DNA of 64,000 nt, from contig JAUZTB010000107.1 of the NCBI GenBank assembly GCA_034780895.1, positions 33,580,790 to 33,644,789 of the forward strand, given 5' to 3'. Positions 12,790 through 25,679 of this stretch are shown here, piece after piece (position 1 is the stretch's first letter; each line of letters starts with the position of its first letter). The notes beneath the pieces were generated by a model. That model ran no database searches. It had not been told where the DNA came from and saw nothing but the letters and a program-made list of their open reading frames with translations. The translations under genes were made by a program, and so were the position numbers. Origin of the DNA: Rhynchobatus australiae (Eukaryota).

Positions 12790-13300
12790 AAGGACATTAA
12801 TTAAGGTGACTGTAACAATGAAATTCAATATGACCAGTCCCTTCCATGATGTTTGCAATACCATACAGTAAGTGACATAAGGAAGCCACTGCTGCTCTCA
12901 GTTCAAAGAGAACCAAGTAAACTTTATTCACTGCCCCAAGACCAGCAGGCATCATTTAACTAAGATCAGACACCTCTTTGTGGTCCGCAATGTCATTTAC
13001 TGTACACATGATTTTTTGTTTGGAAGGTGAAAAACACAAGTTGACTGTCCCATGTCAGACTGGAAAGGATTTCACTCCTTCAATGCTCAACAAGGATTTG
13101 ACCATAAGCAGCAAAATATGTGGTCAACCTCCAATATCCAAGATTCATTCTTCAGCAATCTGCTATCTGCACTGGATTCACAAAGTATGGCATGCAAAGA
13201 TTGAATAGCATGACATCAATGCAAAAACAATGTTTCCACTATCTGTAATGCTCTTCAGTATACCAGCAATACTTGGCACAAATTTTTGCACCAGTTGTAA
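12790..13300 (+). mobile_element. Harbinger/PIF transposase (HARBI1-like) fossil
   Basis: Colinear degenerate motifs KVTVTMKF...SPFH, VRNVIYCTH (cf. VQGAIDCTH), WKGFHSFNAQQGFDHKQQNM at 13061-13120 (cf. RKGFHSLNVQLVCDH), FILQQS and ALQY. Confidence 0.7.
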
Positions 13301-13609
13301 CACATAGGGCTGCGAAGTAGAAGCATGAAGAGGTTGTAAAAGAGAATAAGGAGAAAGGAGCATATAAACTAGAAAGCGTCTTTCTTCCTGGGCTGTTTAT
13401 GAAGAACTCAAGTGCAGTACTAACTACAATCCCAATTCCCCATTCTCCAGTCCCACATCTCACTTGTCATTGCCCAAGGTTAGCATCCACTTGGGCAAGT
13501 GCAATTACAACAGCCGGGGTAGAATATTTTTTCCAGTCCAATTTATAAATGAAAACATGCTATGCTGCAAACAAGAGTCAACTAATGAACAGATAGCATT
13601 CACTTAATG

Positions 13610-14180
13610 CTTATCTTGAGTATGACATTGTTTGCCCTACTGCTCCTATGTAGAACTGCTCCAGGAGTTGTGGCATGGTTGAAGGAAGGCTGCTGACTTT
13701 CAGTGGAGGAGTCTTCAGATGGTGTTTGAGGATATTCTCCAGCACTCTTGGAATTAAAAGGCATGGTTGCAGTCTGTACCATCTCAGTAGAGGCCAAGTT
13801 CAGACAGGCTGGTTGACAAATAGCAGCAGGGCATTATGGGTGAGAGGGCAAATACCACTGTTCTAAGACAAAATTGTTGGCTTGTGCTTTAAAGCGTGTC
13901 TGCACTCCCCAGGGGCAGTACCTCAGCAACCTGGTAATTCATCAGATAAATAGTTGCAAAATTGCTGGGAGACCCTGCAAACTCTTTTGCACACTGTCAT
14001 CCATAGTCCTGATGGCAGCAGTGTGAGCTTGTATAGCAACAATCTGACCTTGCATAGCAACAATCTGACCTTGCATGTAAGCAGCCAGCATTTCCACTGC
14101 AGCACTCAGATATTGGGTGGCTACTGTTTACACTACAATGGAAGCTGTGACATTAGCATTCAATGGCTGCATCATAGTCA
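13610..14180 (-). mobile_element. Possible second Harbinger transposase fossil, opposite strand
   Basis: Weak motifs NVTASI, FAGSP and GEYP...ESQQ...NHATT...GQT...ILKI, in Harbinger order. Confidence 0.35.
14033..14076 (+). repeat. Perfect 21-bp tandem duplication
   Basis: ATAGCAACAATCTGACCTTGC occurs twice in tandem. Confidence 0.95.
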
Positions 14181-14299
14181 AGTCCAAGACTACAAGAGTG
14201 GTGTTAGTCACTTCTTGCACGTCAGAAAATTGTGCTCCCAAGTTCTGCATAAAACTTTGTACCTAGCTGGTGCTGATCTTATTCAACATTCATGGTTAC

Positions 14300-14750
14300 A
14301 ACATAGAAGGAGGTCACTTAGCCCATTGTGTCTATGCTGCCTCTCAAAACAATCCCATCCATTCTTTTTGTCCCACTTTTTTCCCTGTAACCTATTCTGC
14401 CACATGTCCATCATTTCCACCCTGATTCTCCAANNNNNNNNNNNNNNNNNNNNNNNNNNNNNNNNNNNNNNNNNNNNNNNNNNNNNNNNNNNNNNNNNNN
14501 NNNNNNNNNNNNNNNNNNNNNNNNNNNNNNNNNTGATTCTCCAACCACATCACCTACATTAGAGCTTATTTACAGCAGCCAATTAACCTACCAGCCAGCA
14601 CATCTTTGGAAGTATGGGAGGAAACAAGAGCAAATAGAAGAAACTCACACAATAAGCAGAACCAGAGGTCAAAAATCAAATCCAGGTCTCTGGTGCACGA
14701 CCTGGTGCACCACCGTGAGCTTATTGAGAATTTGAACCTGGGACCTCTCA
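14300..14750 (-). mobile_element. V-SINE (HE1-like) copy spanning a gap
   Basis: TTTACAGCAGCCAATTAACCTACCAGCCAGCACATCTTTGGAAGTATGGGAGGAAAC plus the reverse-complement CR1-like tail at 14300-14345. Confidence 0.7.
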
Positions 14751-15577
14751 CTAACATTCAGTACTTGATACTGAATGTCAACTTTCAGCAGGCTTTCATC
14801 TGCACAAAATATGTCATTTTGAATACCCACTACCTTTCTGCTGCAGTTCCAGAAATTTTTCACCAGCTTCCTTTTTCAGAAGAGATTGTGTATAATCTTG
14901 CCCTGTGATAAGCTAGACATGTGCTAACTCATGCCTGGAGTCTTACAACATATAGATCCTGCCTCCAAGTACATAAGAAAGGACAGCATCTCAGTATCTG
15001 AGATGTTGATTGCAAGTGCAAAGATGAGTGATAGTGCTTCTCCATCCTTGCTGTCACTCCAGAACGGCTCTTGGGTACATGAAAAATGAAAGTGACAAGA
15101 GTATGGTTGTGATATAGTAAGGTCATGAACATATGTGTTTGTGAACTTACATCATAAGCAGGTTCTAAATTACAGAGAATTTGGGTTGGGGGCAGGGGGA
15201 GGTTGGTTATGTAGAACAAGATGAGGAAAGAAGTTCCATCATCTTTTGGTGGGTTTTATCCCTGCTATTCAGCACACCCTTAATGAAGTTTGTTCTCACA
15301 GTGATCATCCCCTCCATGGGTGACATACATGCTCAACTGTTCACAACTATTTGGCTTCTGCTGCCACTAGTTTTGCACCATTTCTGTTCAGCAAAAGAGA
15401 GTAAAAGGTATCAGGGAGTGTCGCATCATCAGTCTGCACGATATGGATGTAATGACTAAATAATTGACAGGTCTTTAAGGTACTGTATGGGTGTGGGACC
15501 TGAGCAGAACTAAGTGGGTGAACATGCAGTGAACCTTAGAACTGTTAGCTGTAAGTCCTGATGATAGAGATTATTGA

Positions 15578-15795
15578 ATATAGAACATTACAGCATAGTA
15601 CAGGCCACTTGGCCCATGATGTGCCAACATTTTATTCTGCTCTGAGATCTATCTAACCCTTTCCTCCCATATTGACTTCCATTTTTCTATCACTGATGTG
15701 ACTACCTAAGAGTCTCTTAAATGTCCCTAATGTATCTGCTCCCACAACCTCTGCCGGCAGTGTGTTCCATGCACCCACCACTCTCTGTGTAGAAA
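15578..15795 (-). mobile_element. CR1 LINE 3' end
   Basis: ATAGAACATTACAGCATAGTACAGGCC tail and GGCAGTGTGTTCCATGCACCCACCACTCTCTGTGT (rc TQRVVGAWNTLP). Confidence 0.85.
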
Positions 15796-15799
15796 ACTG

Positions 15800-16100
15800 T
15801 GTAAGAATATTACTGGTGTGCAATTGATGGAGGTTTGGTTAATTGAAGGCAGTAGTGCATATGGCAATCTGGCCACGTGTACTCAGACCCTCATGGTTTC
15901 ACCCTGGCATCACCTTCCACAACAATCATCTTCTATTTCTTTCTGAACATGTGCCGACAGAGTCTCCTGCAAACACAAGGCACCAATCCTATGCTGCACT
16001 AGAGCCTGCTCACTTTTATATGTACCAGCTTCAATATTTTCCTGGTCCATTTTCCCTTTGTCCATGGTTGCCACAAGGCAAATCCTCATCAGGTGAAGCC
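15800..16100 (+). mobile_element. Possible Harbinger transposase fossil
   Basis: Degenerate CAIDG, HGF, HVPTESPANTRHQSY and FSLCPWLP motifs in transposase order. Confidence 0.35.
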
Positions 16101-16167
16101 TAGCTTTTGAAGGCAAACCTAGATCTAACCACTCATTCAATTACCCTTGCAGATGCATGCACCCAAA

Positions 16168-16957
16168 GTTGTCTACATGGACTTTAGTAAGGCCTTTGAC
16201 AAGGTCCAATATGGGAGGTTAGTTCAGAAGGTTCAGACACTAGGTATCCATGGAGAGTTTGTAAACTGGATCTGAAACTGGCTGTGTGGGAGGAGACAGA
16301 GAGTGGTAGTGGATGATTGTTTCTTAGACTAGAGGCCTGTGACTAGTGGTGTGCCTCAGGGATCTGTGCTGGGACCATTGTTGTTTGTTGTCTATATCAA
16401 TGATCTAGNNNNNNNNNNNNNNNNNNNNNNNNNNNNNNNNNNNNNNNNNNNNNNNNNNNNNNNNNNNNNNNNNNNNNNNNNNNNNNNNNNNNNNNNNNNN
16501 NNNNNNNNTACTAGAATGTTGCCAGGTCTTCAGGAGTTGAGTTACAGGGAAAGACTGAACAGGTTAGGACTTTATTCCTTGGAGCGTAGAAGAATGAGGG
16601 GGGATTTGATAGAGGTTTACAAAATTATGAAGGGTATAGACAGAGTAAATGTGAGTAGGCTCTTTCCATCTAGATTAGGAGAGATAAGTATGAGAGGACA
16701 TGGCCTTAGGGTAAAAGAGGAAAGGTTTAGGGGAGACTTCTTCATTCAGAGCGTGGGGGGAGTGTGGAACAGGCTGCCATCTGACATGGTAAATGCTGGC
16801 TCACTCTTAAATTATAAGAATAAATTGGATAGATACATGGACAGGAGAGGGCTGGAGGGTTATAGACTGGGTGCAGGTCAATGGGACTGGCAGAATAAAG
16901 TTTTGGCACAGACTAGGAGGGCCGAATGGCCTGTTTTCTGTGCTGTAGTGTTCTATG
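16168..16957 (+). mobile_element. CR1 LINE ORF2 reverse transcriptase and 3' end (5'-truncated, gap inside)
   Basis: VVYMDFSKAFDKV...TSGVPQGSVLGPLLFVVYINDL...LSYRERLNRLGLYSLERRRMRGDLIEVYKIMKG...WNRLP, with tail TTCTATG. Internal stops are present. Confidence 0.95.
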
Positions 16958-17144
16958 GACTGTGCACTACCTACAAAGCCAGCAATGGGTGCATAATTCT
17001 TGCACATCTTGATCCCTACACCCTCCTTTGCTGGGAGAAGGGTTTTTAATTTAGTCTCCACAATCCACAAAATTAATTTCTGCATGTAAAAAAAAATCCA
17101 CTAGTTATGTCCATTCACATTAAAACTACTAAAATTAACAGATT

Positions 17145-17455
17145 GCATGAAAAACAGCAGCACAATTAGGCCAACTGGCTATCCAGGCTTTCTACAACAT
17201 TCAATACGATCATCGTTAATCCTCTATCTCAATATTTTTTTGCTTGCTGTTCTCTTTAGGTCTTTTGTGTCTAGAAATCTATCTACCTCCTTCTTAAATA
17301 TATTCTCCTACTGGACCTCCACCACCTCCTGTAGTAGAGGTTTCACAGGTTCAGCACCCTCTGACTGAAGGAATTGTCAGTCTGGTGAGTCTTCATTGCA
17401 CTCCCTCTATAGCAAGTATATCCTTTCTCAGGTAAGGATGCTCTAAGAATTGGAG
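17145..17455 (-). mobile_element. CR1 LINE fragment
   Basis: PYLRKDILAIEGVQ on the minus strand plus CR1 3' sequence. Confidence 0.75.
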
Positions 17456-17864
17456 AAAACATTTCACCTTTGCATTACATATCCTTGGTGTATAAGTTTT
17501 TACACCAAAAGTCAAGAAAAATTTAAAACTTAAAACAATAAACAAACTATTGTTTTTCCTTCTCTGCCAAACACTCTTGCAAAAAATAACTAAATATTTG
17601 AAAGCCCCCAAATAAATGCTTACATTTACGGCATTTTCCCAAGCATGAATAATAGTGCAATCTTTCCGGAATTTCTACTGATGAAGCTGAAATGAGTCCC
17701 ATGTTAGAATTATTTTTCACGGTATATAGGTCAATCTCTGAGAAAACAATGATGACATGGGAAAAAAACAGATTAGTGTGAATGGTTCAGCATTGCCTGA
17801 CTTGGATTGGTAGATTTTCTTCATTAGTCATGCACAATGTGTAGCTTGGATGTATGTTTATTTG

Positions 17865-18225
17865 AGCCCTGGCTCACTCTTGCCTCTGAATCAGGAAGGT
17901 TGTAAAACCACCTCCCACTCCCAAAGCTTCCAAAATTCTAGTTAGACATTCCAGAGCAGTATTGAGGGAATGCTGTGTTTTCAGAAGTGGTATCTTTCAA
18001 GTAAGACATTAGGCTTGGTCTCTCAGGTGTACATAAATGATTTTACAGCATGATTTGAAGGACAGCAACATTATCCTCAGTGTTCTGGCCAATATTTATC
18101 CCTCAACCTACACTTCTGAAGCAGATTAGCTGATCATAATCACATTGCTATTTCCAAATTAGCTACTGTGTTACTTACACCGCAATCATGGCCACGTAGC
18201 ACAAGTAATTGCTATAAAGCATTTC
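17865..18225 (+). mobile_element. DeuSINE (SacSINE1/AmnSINE1-like)
   Basis: Deu domain GTGTTCTGGCCAATATTTATCCCTCAACC...CAGATTAGCTGATCATAATCACATTGCT, with a tRNA-like head. Confidence 0.8.
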
Positions 18226-19104
18226 AGATAAAATAACCACCTGTTCCTATTTGGCAGGACAATCCTCAACTAATTCTGTCCTGGTCATGAGCTGATTGAA
18301 ACTAGTACGTCTTCTGTCTCAGAATTCCCAGACCAACATAATGAACATGGTGGGGTTGCTGCTATTAAAAATAAATTCAAAATTGCATCAGAATGATCCT
18401 CCCAGCAGGACCTCACAAAAGTCACTTTGAGAAACACTTCACAACAAAGGAATACAAGCCCCATCAAAAAAAGTGAAAACCCTTTAACAGCTGGATAAGA
18501 CACACCCCAGAATTAGTCAGTGTCAAAGCATTAAGACACCTGGATGTTTCCAACTTATTTAAAATCTTTCAATCCATTTTAAAAAAATTGCACTGTTGTA
18601 CTCTTGGAACCACTGTCATAAGAAGAGTTTGCTTGCCTTTTTTAAGAAATACACAAATGACCAAGTTCACATACAATGAATCACAATGTATTTGGCTATC
18701 AAAGTTATAAACAAGAATGCAATTAGCCAGAGGTGCAAGTAGGAAAGTAATCAGGTGCAATAAGATAGCCAGCCTGATGTACCTTTTTATTATAATTACA
18801 GAGTCCTCTGAGGTGTTACTGAAAGTAACTTAAAGAAGGATGATGACATTAACAGGGTCTAAAGTTTAAGGGTGTGTTCCTTTAAGGCCACAATGCTCTT
18901 TTGTGTTAAGTAAACACTGGATGAGCTCAGGAACAAATCAAGTAAATGGCTGATGATAATTGGTTCTGATACATTTTGTTTCCAGAGAGCTTTTCTACTC
19001 TTACAAATCATTGCTCGGTTTTCCTTTTAAAGTAAATATGACACAGTAATTCACAGCATGTCACATCTGGAACTTGAGTGTTGATATTTCTCTCTCCTTG
19101 ATCT

Positions 19105-19568
19105 GGGTGGCACAATGGTGCAGCAGCTAGTGTTAGTGTGGCATCCCTCCAATGATCTGGGTTCAATTCTGACCTCCAGTGATGTCCCTGTGGAATTCAT
19201 ACATTGCTTCTGTAACCATGTGAATTTCCCGACGCTCCAGTTTCCTCCCACATCCCAAAGACATGCTGGATACCAGGTTAATAGGTCACTGTAAATTATC
19301 CGTAGTGTAAGTGAGTGGAAGGGGAGNNNNNNNNNNNNNNNNNNNNNNNNNNNNNNNNNNNNNNNNNNNNNNNNNNNNNNNNNNNNNNNNNNNNNNNNNN
19401 NNNNNNNNNNNNNNNNNNNNNNNNNNTAGTGAAAGGCAAGAGAATCAGGGTAGAATTGATGGGCATGAGAGAGAGAATAGGCAACGGGGCAAAAATGGGG
19501 GAAAAGGATTGATGGGGTTTCTCTGAGAGCCTGTATAGACCCAATGGGCTGAATGGCTTCCTATGTTG
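19105..19568 (+). mobile_element. V-SINE (HE1-like), near full length
   Basis: A-box-like GGTGGCACAATGGTGCAGC, B-box GGTTCAATTCT, V-domain CTCCAGTTTCCTCCCACATCCCAAAGACATGC, and tail ATGGGCTGAATGGCTTCCT. Confidence 0.85.
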
Positions 19569-20321
19569 TGAGAGAATATGAAGTATGAGATAATCTGATG
19601 TTCACCAGGCACAGCATAGCCAAGCAGTGATATGTTCATGCATGATCCTTGCTCTGAGAACTTCAAAAAGAGGAAGACAGCTATAGTCGGAGAGAGCCCA
19701 AAAGGCAGCAGCCAGAGGCCCCAGGGACCAAAGAATTTGCTGGAAGTAAACCAGACTGATCAGTCATACTAGTGTAATTCAAACCTGCCGTCAATCTCTT
19801 CTCACGTTTACCAGAGGCTGTTGCTCCTATAAGTAGTCTGGCCATGTTATTATCATGTGCGTTGACTCATATTGCTTAATGTCTACTTGTTCCACAGTAT
19901 TTCAACAGCTACAGCTGTTTACCTGTGTCTTTCACCCATGTAATGCTTCAATCTTTCCAAAGGTAGACTGAGTGGAGAGAAGTGACCAGTTAAGATATCA
20001 CTGAGCTGCTTCGCTTCATAGCATGTAGGTACAGAACACCAGCTGTAATGGCTGGCTTGGATATACTTTGCTTTCAATATTAATTAAAATAATGAATTAC
20101 GATATACTACATTGACACTATTTATTTATAATTGTAAGATTTTTGTACAACCATCTGATAAATCCCAGTCTTTGCATTCTGCGGTTCTTCAATCTCTAAT
20201 GTCAGCTTTTATACAAATTTACTACCCCTACCCAATTGCCTAATTTGGCAAAGTCCCTCCCTAGCAGAGGTCAAATGAGTAGAATCAATAAAGTAGCAAT
20301 TAGTAAAAATGATCAAAAGTA

Positions 20322-20521
20322 CAGTGGCATGCAAAAGTTTGCGCACCCCGGTCAAAATTTCTGTTACTGTGNNNNNNNNNNNNNNNNNNNNNNNNNNNNN
20401 NNNNNNNNNNNNNNNNNNNNNNNNNNNNNNNNNNNNNNNNNNNNNNNNNNNNNNNNNNNNNNNNNNNNNNNACAGTAACAGAAATTTTGACCAGGGGTGC
20501 CCAAACTTTTGCATGCCACTG
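20322..20521. mobile_element. Tc1/mariner DNA transposon ends with the interior lost in a 100-N gap
   Basis: TA|CAGTGGCATGCAAAAGTTTGCGCACCCCGGTCAAAATTTCTGTTACTGT ... ACAGTAACAGAAATTTTGACCAGGGGTGCCCAAACTTTTGCATGCCACTG|TA. About 50 bp of visible TIR differ by 1 substitution and 1 indel, with a TA target duplication. Confidence 0.92.
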
Positions 20522-22033
20522 TATATGCCACTATCTTTCACTGTCTGCTATATGCTGGTACAGAAACCTCATCTGAATGTTAATCCATGGGTTAGATCAT
20601 GCTGGCTGATCAGAACTGACTGTGTTCTGTCACTTGAACTGAAGTCCCAGACTTGTGTGCATTCTGGGATGCTGATGTCAGGCACATACTGACAGATACA
20701 TGGGGCCCAACCTGTAAATATGCCCCTACACTAGATAAACTATTTGATCCAACAGCAGGGCCCAGTCTCAGATCTTGTACTGGTTCAGACTTGTCAGGTA
20801 CAGATCTAGGAGGAAAAGGGTAAGCTACCTTTTAAGTTGTTCTTACATAAAATGCTTTCATTTTTGTGTGTTCATATGTTTGAATTTTTTTTTATAAAAT
20901 GCTTTTAATTCTTGACATCAATTTTAATAGTTTTTAAAACATCTCCAAATGTCAAAGACATTGAACATTTTGCATAACCTACAGGTTTCACAAATGGCAA
21001 AGCTCCGCCCTTAGTTCTGTGAGCTGTCAGGGCCTGTCAAGCTGTTCTGAAGGACAGACCTCTGCACCCGTGCTGCTTACAGTCTAAACGTCAGCCAGGC
21101 ATTAAGATGCAATGCACAGCACAACAGTTCTTCCACTTCTGGCCTAGGTAAACATAGGTGAGTGGAGACTGAAGGCAGTGCCTCCAGGAAAAAAGGCATG
21201 GTCTAGCACAGTTCGCCCATATCTCATTGCCTTGCCAGCTTGTGAACTTTCCTATGAAAACTAAGTTTATGCTATGAAAATGTTTACATTTTCAAATTTA
21301 TTAAGTATACTAATATTTGAAAATACCACAAACACTTGAGGCAGCATAATCATAAACCCAGAAATGTGGCACTACTTGTCAAGCTCTGTGGTACCCTTTA
21401 TACACTTTGGTCCACAATGGTCCCTGGCTTAAAGTTCAGTGCTTTCTTTGGGATCTTTCTAGAGAATGATGGAGTAAATTAAAGAGGGGGCATCACACAC
21501 CTGCTTCATTTCTGTAACAACAATGGGCCTGTGTCAATAACAGGATTATGATCAGGTCTGTATACTTAGGAAGTCCCTCCAAATCCAAGAAACACAGATA
21601 TGATATATCCATTGCTCCTTCTTCTCCCATTACTCGAGGGAACCAGGTGATCCCCAAGGCCTACAAAAAGCAAATTCAGCTCACTGAATGCCATGGACAG
21701 GGGATTTAAGCAGATATAAAATGTTATATTGCGAGCCAATCCCCCACTGTGTTGCAGGTGGTGAGTTCGATGGTATTGCAGTGTAGGGATAGAAATGCAC
21801 AAATATATATTAACATTACCAATCATATATAGATGCCCTAACGTTCTACAATAGGCAAAATGCCCAGAGTTTTATATGCATGGCTAGGGTCACCTTGATT
21901 TTTAGCAAAGGAAGAGTCCTGAGGTTTTACAGTGTGATTGGGTGAGTGTTGTGGCTTTAGCACCATGCCAGCCTGGGTTTAAAAGCACCACAGAAATGGC
22001 TTATTTGGGTTTGGGAGTACTTTCCTTCTTTAT

Positions 22034-22110
22034 AACACTTCAAAGGCACTCATTGCCTATAAAACATTTTGGGATATCCTGAGGTCATGAAAAGGTCCTA
22101 AATAAATCAG
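22034..22110 (+). mobile_element. DeuSINE/L2-type 3' tail fragment
   Basis: ACACTTCAAAGGCACTCATTGCCTATAAAACATTTTGGGATATCCTGAGGTCATGAAAAGG, the same tail as at 42270-42348. Confidence 0.6.
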
Positions 22111-25100
22111 AGTTATTTATTTTTTCTTTGAGTCTTTGTGTCACTTATTGCCACAGTTTAGCAGTATGGCAGGAGATGGGATTGATGGCACTGTCTCCTG
22201 TGCCTCAACAGCATTAAGAGGAACTTGTGATTTTGTTTGTGAGGTTGTGGAATTTCATTCACTGGAGGCCTTTTGTGATCCATCAGCATTGAAGGGAGAG
22301 GGTATAATTGCACTGGAATGGTGCCTGACTGTGATATTTTAGGTAAGTTGTCGAGGTCTGACAACTTCATGGAAAAATTCTTTGGATGGCTTTGGGAGGC
22401 GAAGCTGGAGTAGCTGGTAATTCACTTCAGCTGACAAGAGTGATCCAAAGTAACTCCAACCCTAGGCTTTCGAGAGGTGCTGAAGTTTTCATGTAAATAC
22501 AGTAATGGTGCTACTCAGAGACACCAAAGACAATTTCATTGTTTTAAGTTTAAATATGTTATGAGGGAAGGTGTTTTTTCTTTCCTATCCAATTATGTTA
22601 AAACCATACTTTGAACCTATACTTGATATGCTGAGAGAGAAATAATGGTACCAAGTACTTTAAGTAACTTGATTGGACTGCCTCATTTGTAAGAAATATG
22701 CAGATGAAATTACAATTAATATATTGTAAAGTAGCATATTAGCCTATCAGCTGGGATAAACTTGCATTGCGCTGAAACAACTTTAACACAGCAGAGAAGC
22801 AGCTGCATGAAAAAGCGATATAAAAATGGCAGTACAAGAAACAGTGATCAGTAACAGGAAGCATAAAGAAAGATCACACCAAACTTAGCATTTTGATAAA
22901 ATCTGCAGATCTCCTGTGATGTTGCACATGGTAATTTTGAGAATATGGTCATTATTTTAAATCTTTTACTTTAGTTTTGCTGCTTCTGTCCATCTTTTTT
23001 TGCTAGCTCTCTTCAAAATCTGTATCTCTAGCCATTCCATACCCCTCTATTTTTCTGTCATCTTTTTCCCCTTGAACAACCCAATTCATTTTAAAAATTA
23101 TTTCATCTTTGTCACTTTAACTATACCCTGTTACCCAATCCTCATTCTGTTTCTTTCCTTCTCCTGAACTCCTAAAACCCTGTGCCACCAATTCCTCCAG
23201 AATGGCTTTCGATCTTTCAACTTTCTATTGGGTACAGGGAGAGGAAGATTGTAAGGTGGCAAAAACACCATGACCAGGATTTTACAGAAGACTTTTGAAG
23301 TGAGGGCTAGAAAAATAAACAGATCTAGGAGATGAGAGCAGTGGGAAAACTGTGTGTGCATTTGGGTGGGTTGAGAGCTCCAATGTAGTCAAGGTAAATT
23401 AATTTCCCCTATTCACCAGGAATGTAGGAAAGCTTTCTGCAGAGTTATCTGAGAAGTATCAATCAATTAAAATATGTATTTCCAACTCTTGCACTATGAC
23501 AACCTCCAGAGAAAATACACACAAGACTAGTAGTTCTACTCAAATGCATTCTCATTGGTGTGGACAGTGGCATAAAACCAAATGAAGCAGGGAAATTACA
23601 TGGAAATAAAAAGACAACCAAACCTCTACTTTATAGTAGTGTAGTTGAGGACAAATTGGTGTGAGAGAAATATCATCTGGCTCTTTGACTTTTCTCTCTT
23701 GAATAAGTTCACTGCTTGTCCTTTAGTCAATACTTTTATCACACTTCCACAGAATTATAATACTCATCTATTGTCTGTGCCAGAAGGCAGCTGAGTATGG
23801 CACCAAACCAGGGAAGATAAACAAGCAACTTGTCCGGGTCTCTACTGAAAAGCAATGAACACATAATAAACAGACTCCTGGGTCAGGCTGTCCTTAAAAT
23901 CCCTAAAAATCTTTCATTCATACCGAGTGGAGGAAGGTGGCCCAAATACAAACTGCCAACTCCCTCAACACAGAACTGCAAAACAGCATGTATAAAAGCT
24001 CCACACTCTGTGTAAAACAGTCAAGATTGTACCACTGTGTCCCTCCTGTTTTTGCCAACTAAAAGCACATCTCCTCTTAAAACATAATTTACACAACCAA
24101 CCCTTCCCAAAACCATCGGAATTCCACAACCTAGGATCCCCTTCTCCGTTCAGGGCTAGAAATGGTAGTTTTTTTTTGCTACTTCAAATATCAACAAAAT
24201 CAGATTTTAAGTAACCCGATTATATGGCAGGGATTGCCTCAGCATATCTCCAGGGGTTGGGGATAATTGGCAGCTCCAAACTGGGCAAAGAAATATATTC
24301 AGCGACTTTAAGTCTAATTCTTGTTATTCTGCTGCAGACCAGGTAGAAATGTACACACAAAGGCTTCCTGAAGTATTTAGTATCATGACTAAACTTAATA
24401 TTACACATACTGTTCCAAGTTCCATGTTCAAAGAACTGCACTTTATTACTTTTGTGCACTGAAAGCTGCAAATTCCTTATCAAACAGTGGAACTTGCAAT
24501 GAAGATATTTTTTTCTAATACTACGTTTTTGATTTTCATAAAGCTGATTAGCAGACTATAACCTAAACCACACAACTTAATAGAATGATTGTTCAGAGGT
24601 CATTTGCAATGAGCTGATTAAAGAAACAAAGTGGTTCTGTCCTTTGCACCATCTCATTTGATATTGTGAAGTGTGAAGGATTGTTTATGTAAATTGACCT
24701 TGATGATACACAAGAGGAACACCTTAGGGGAACCCCAAGTTTGTAACAGCTGCATTTTCCCATAAGTGGTTTTCATTATAGAATATTCCTTTATCTATAA
24801 AACAATATATTAAAATAATGAGTAAATTGCAACAAGTAAATTACATCAGAAATCCCTGTGTTAGGCTCTGTCCAGTGCAAAATGTATCATAAGGTATCAA
24901 TATTTGCATGCATTATCTATTATACTCATCAACATTGCTGTGATGGGGATTTGAATATTAAATGTTGCTTGAACACATGCTGTTAAAACAATATCTACTA
25001 CATTGCGTAAAGAGGGCATAGAGTGAAATATAACTGAGGAAATTGACATGACCCTGAATGCATTTGCAACCTCACGATAAACTTCTGTTCTAGAACAATC

Positions 25101-25679
25101 CAAGATGGATTCAGAGTCACTGTTGTGCTAATCAAAAGCAATGCTGATATTGGTAAGAAAAGAAGCTGAGCAAGATTCTATAAAAGTACATTTAAAACTT
25201 ACATTTTGTCACTATTCCCCCTCCTTCACAACCATCACCAAACCTCACTACTGTGGCTTTCACTTTGGAGATTTTGTTGTGCTATAACCCATTAGATTTT
25301 AGGATAGCATTAATAATCCACTTTTTGCAACCAAACTATCTATTCCATTCTGTCGTGTATATAGGACAATGCCCCTCCTAACATGCCTAAATTCCCCTTT
25401 CTTTCAACATCAATTCAAAAATCAGGTGATAGCAGATCAGTTGTCTGCTCTACAATCTGCCTCCTTTGGGTTCCATGTCAGTTGGCAAGCAAAACTAAAA
25501 GGAAAGCACAAAAGGAAGCTTATCTGCTGCCACTTGTTTTGTGCCTTTGTTAAAGTTCAATTTTTGCCATTCCTCTACACATGGACTGCTGCAAGGGATA
25601 ACTATAATTTACACCTTGGGCATTTTATTGAATAAAGAATAAACCACATGTAGCAGATTGAAGTTAGGCATGATAAACA

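Noticed and set aside
13954-14562. 202-aa ORF with a repeated SNNLTLH
   Set aside because: The repeat is a 21-bp tandem duplication, and the ORF runs antisense through decayed transposon and SINE sequence and a gap.
16339-17049. 236-aa ORF as a functional reverse transcriptase gene
   Set aside because: It is a 5'-truncated CR1 copy with upstream in-frame stops and a gap.
19105-19180. tRNA gene suggested by A/B boxes
   Set aside because: It is the tRNA-derived head of a V-SINE and forms no cloverleaf.
21590-21720. Possible Harbinger Myb/SANT ORF remnant (AFSELNLLFVG...SNGRRRS); similar at ~37500
   Set aside because: The similarity is too weak to support without a profile search.
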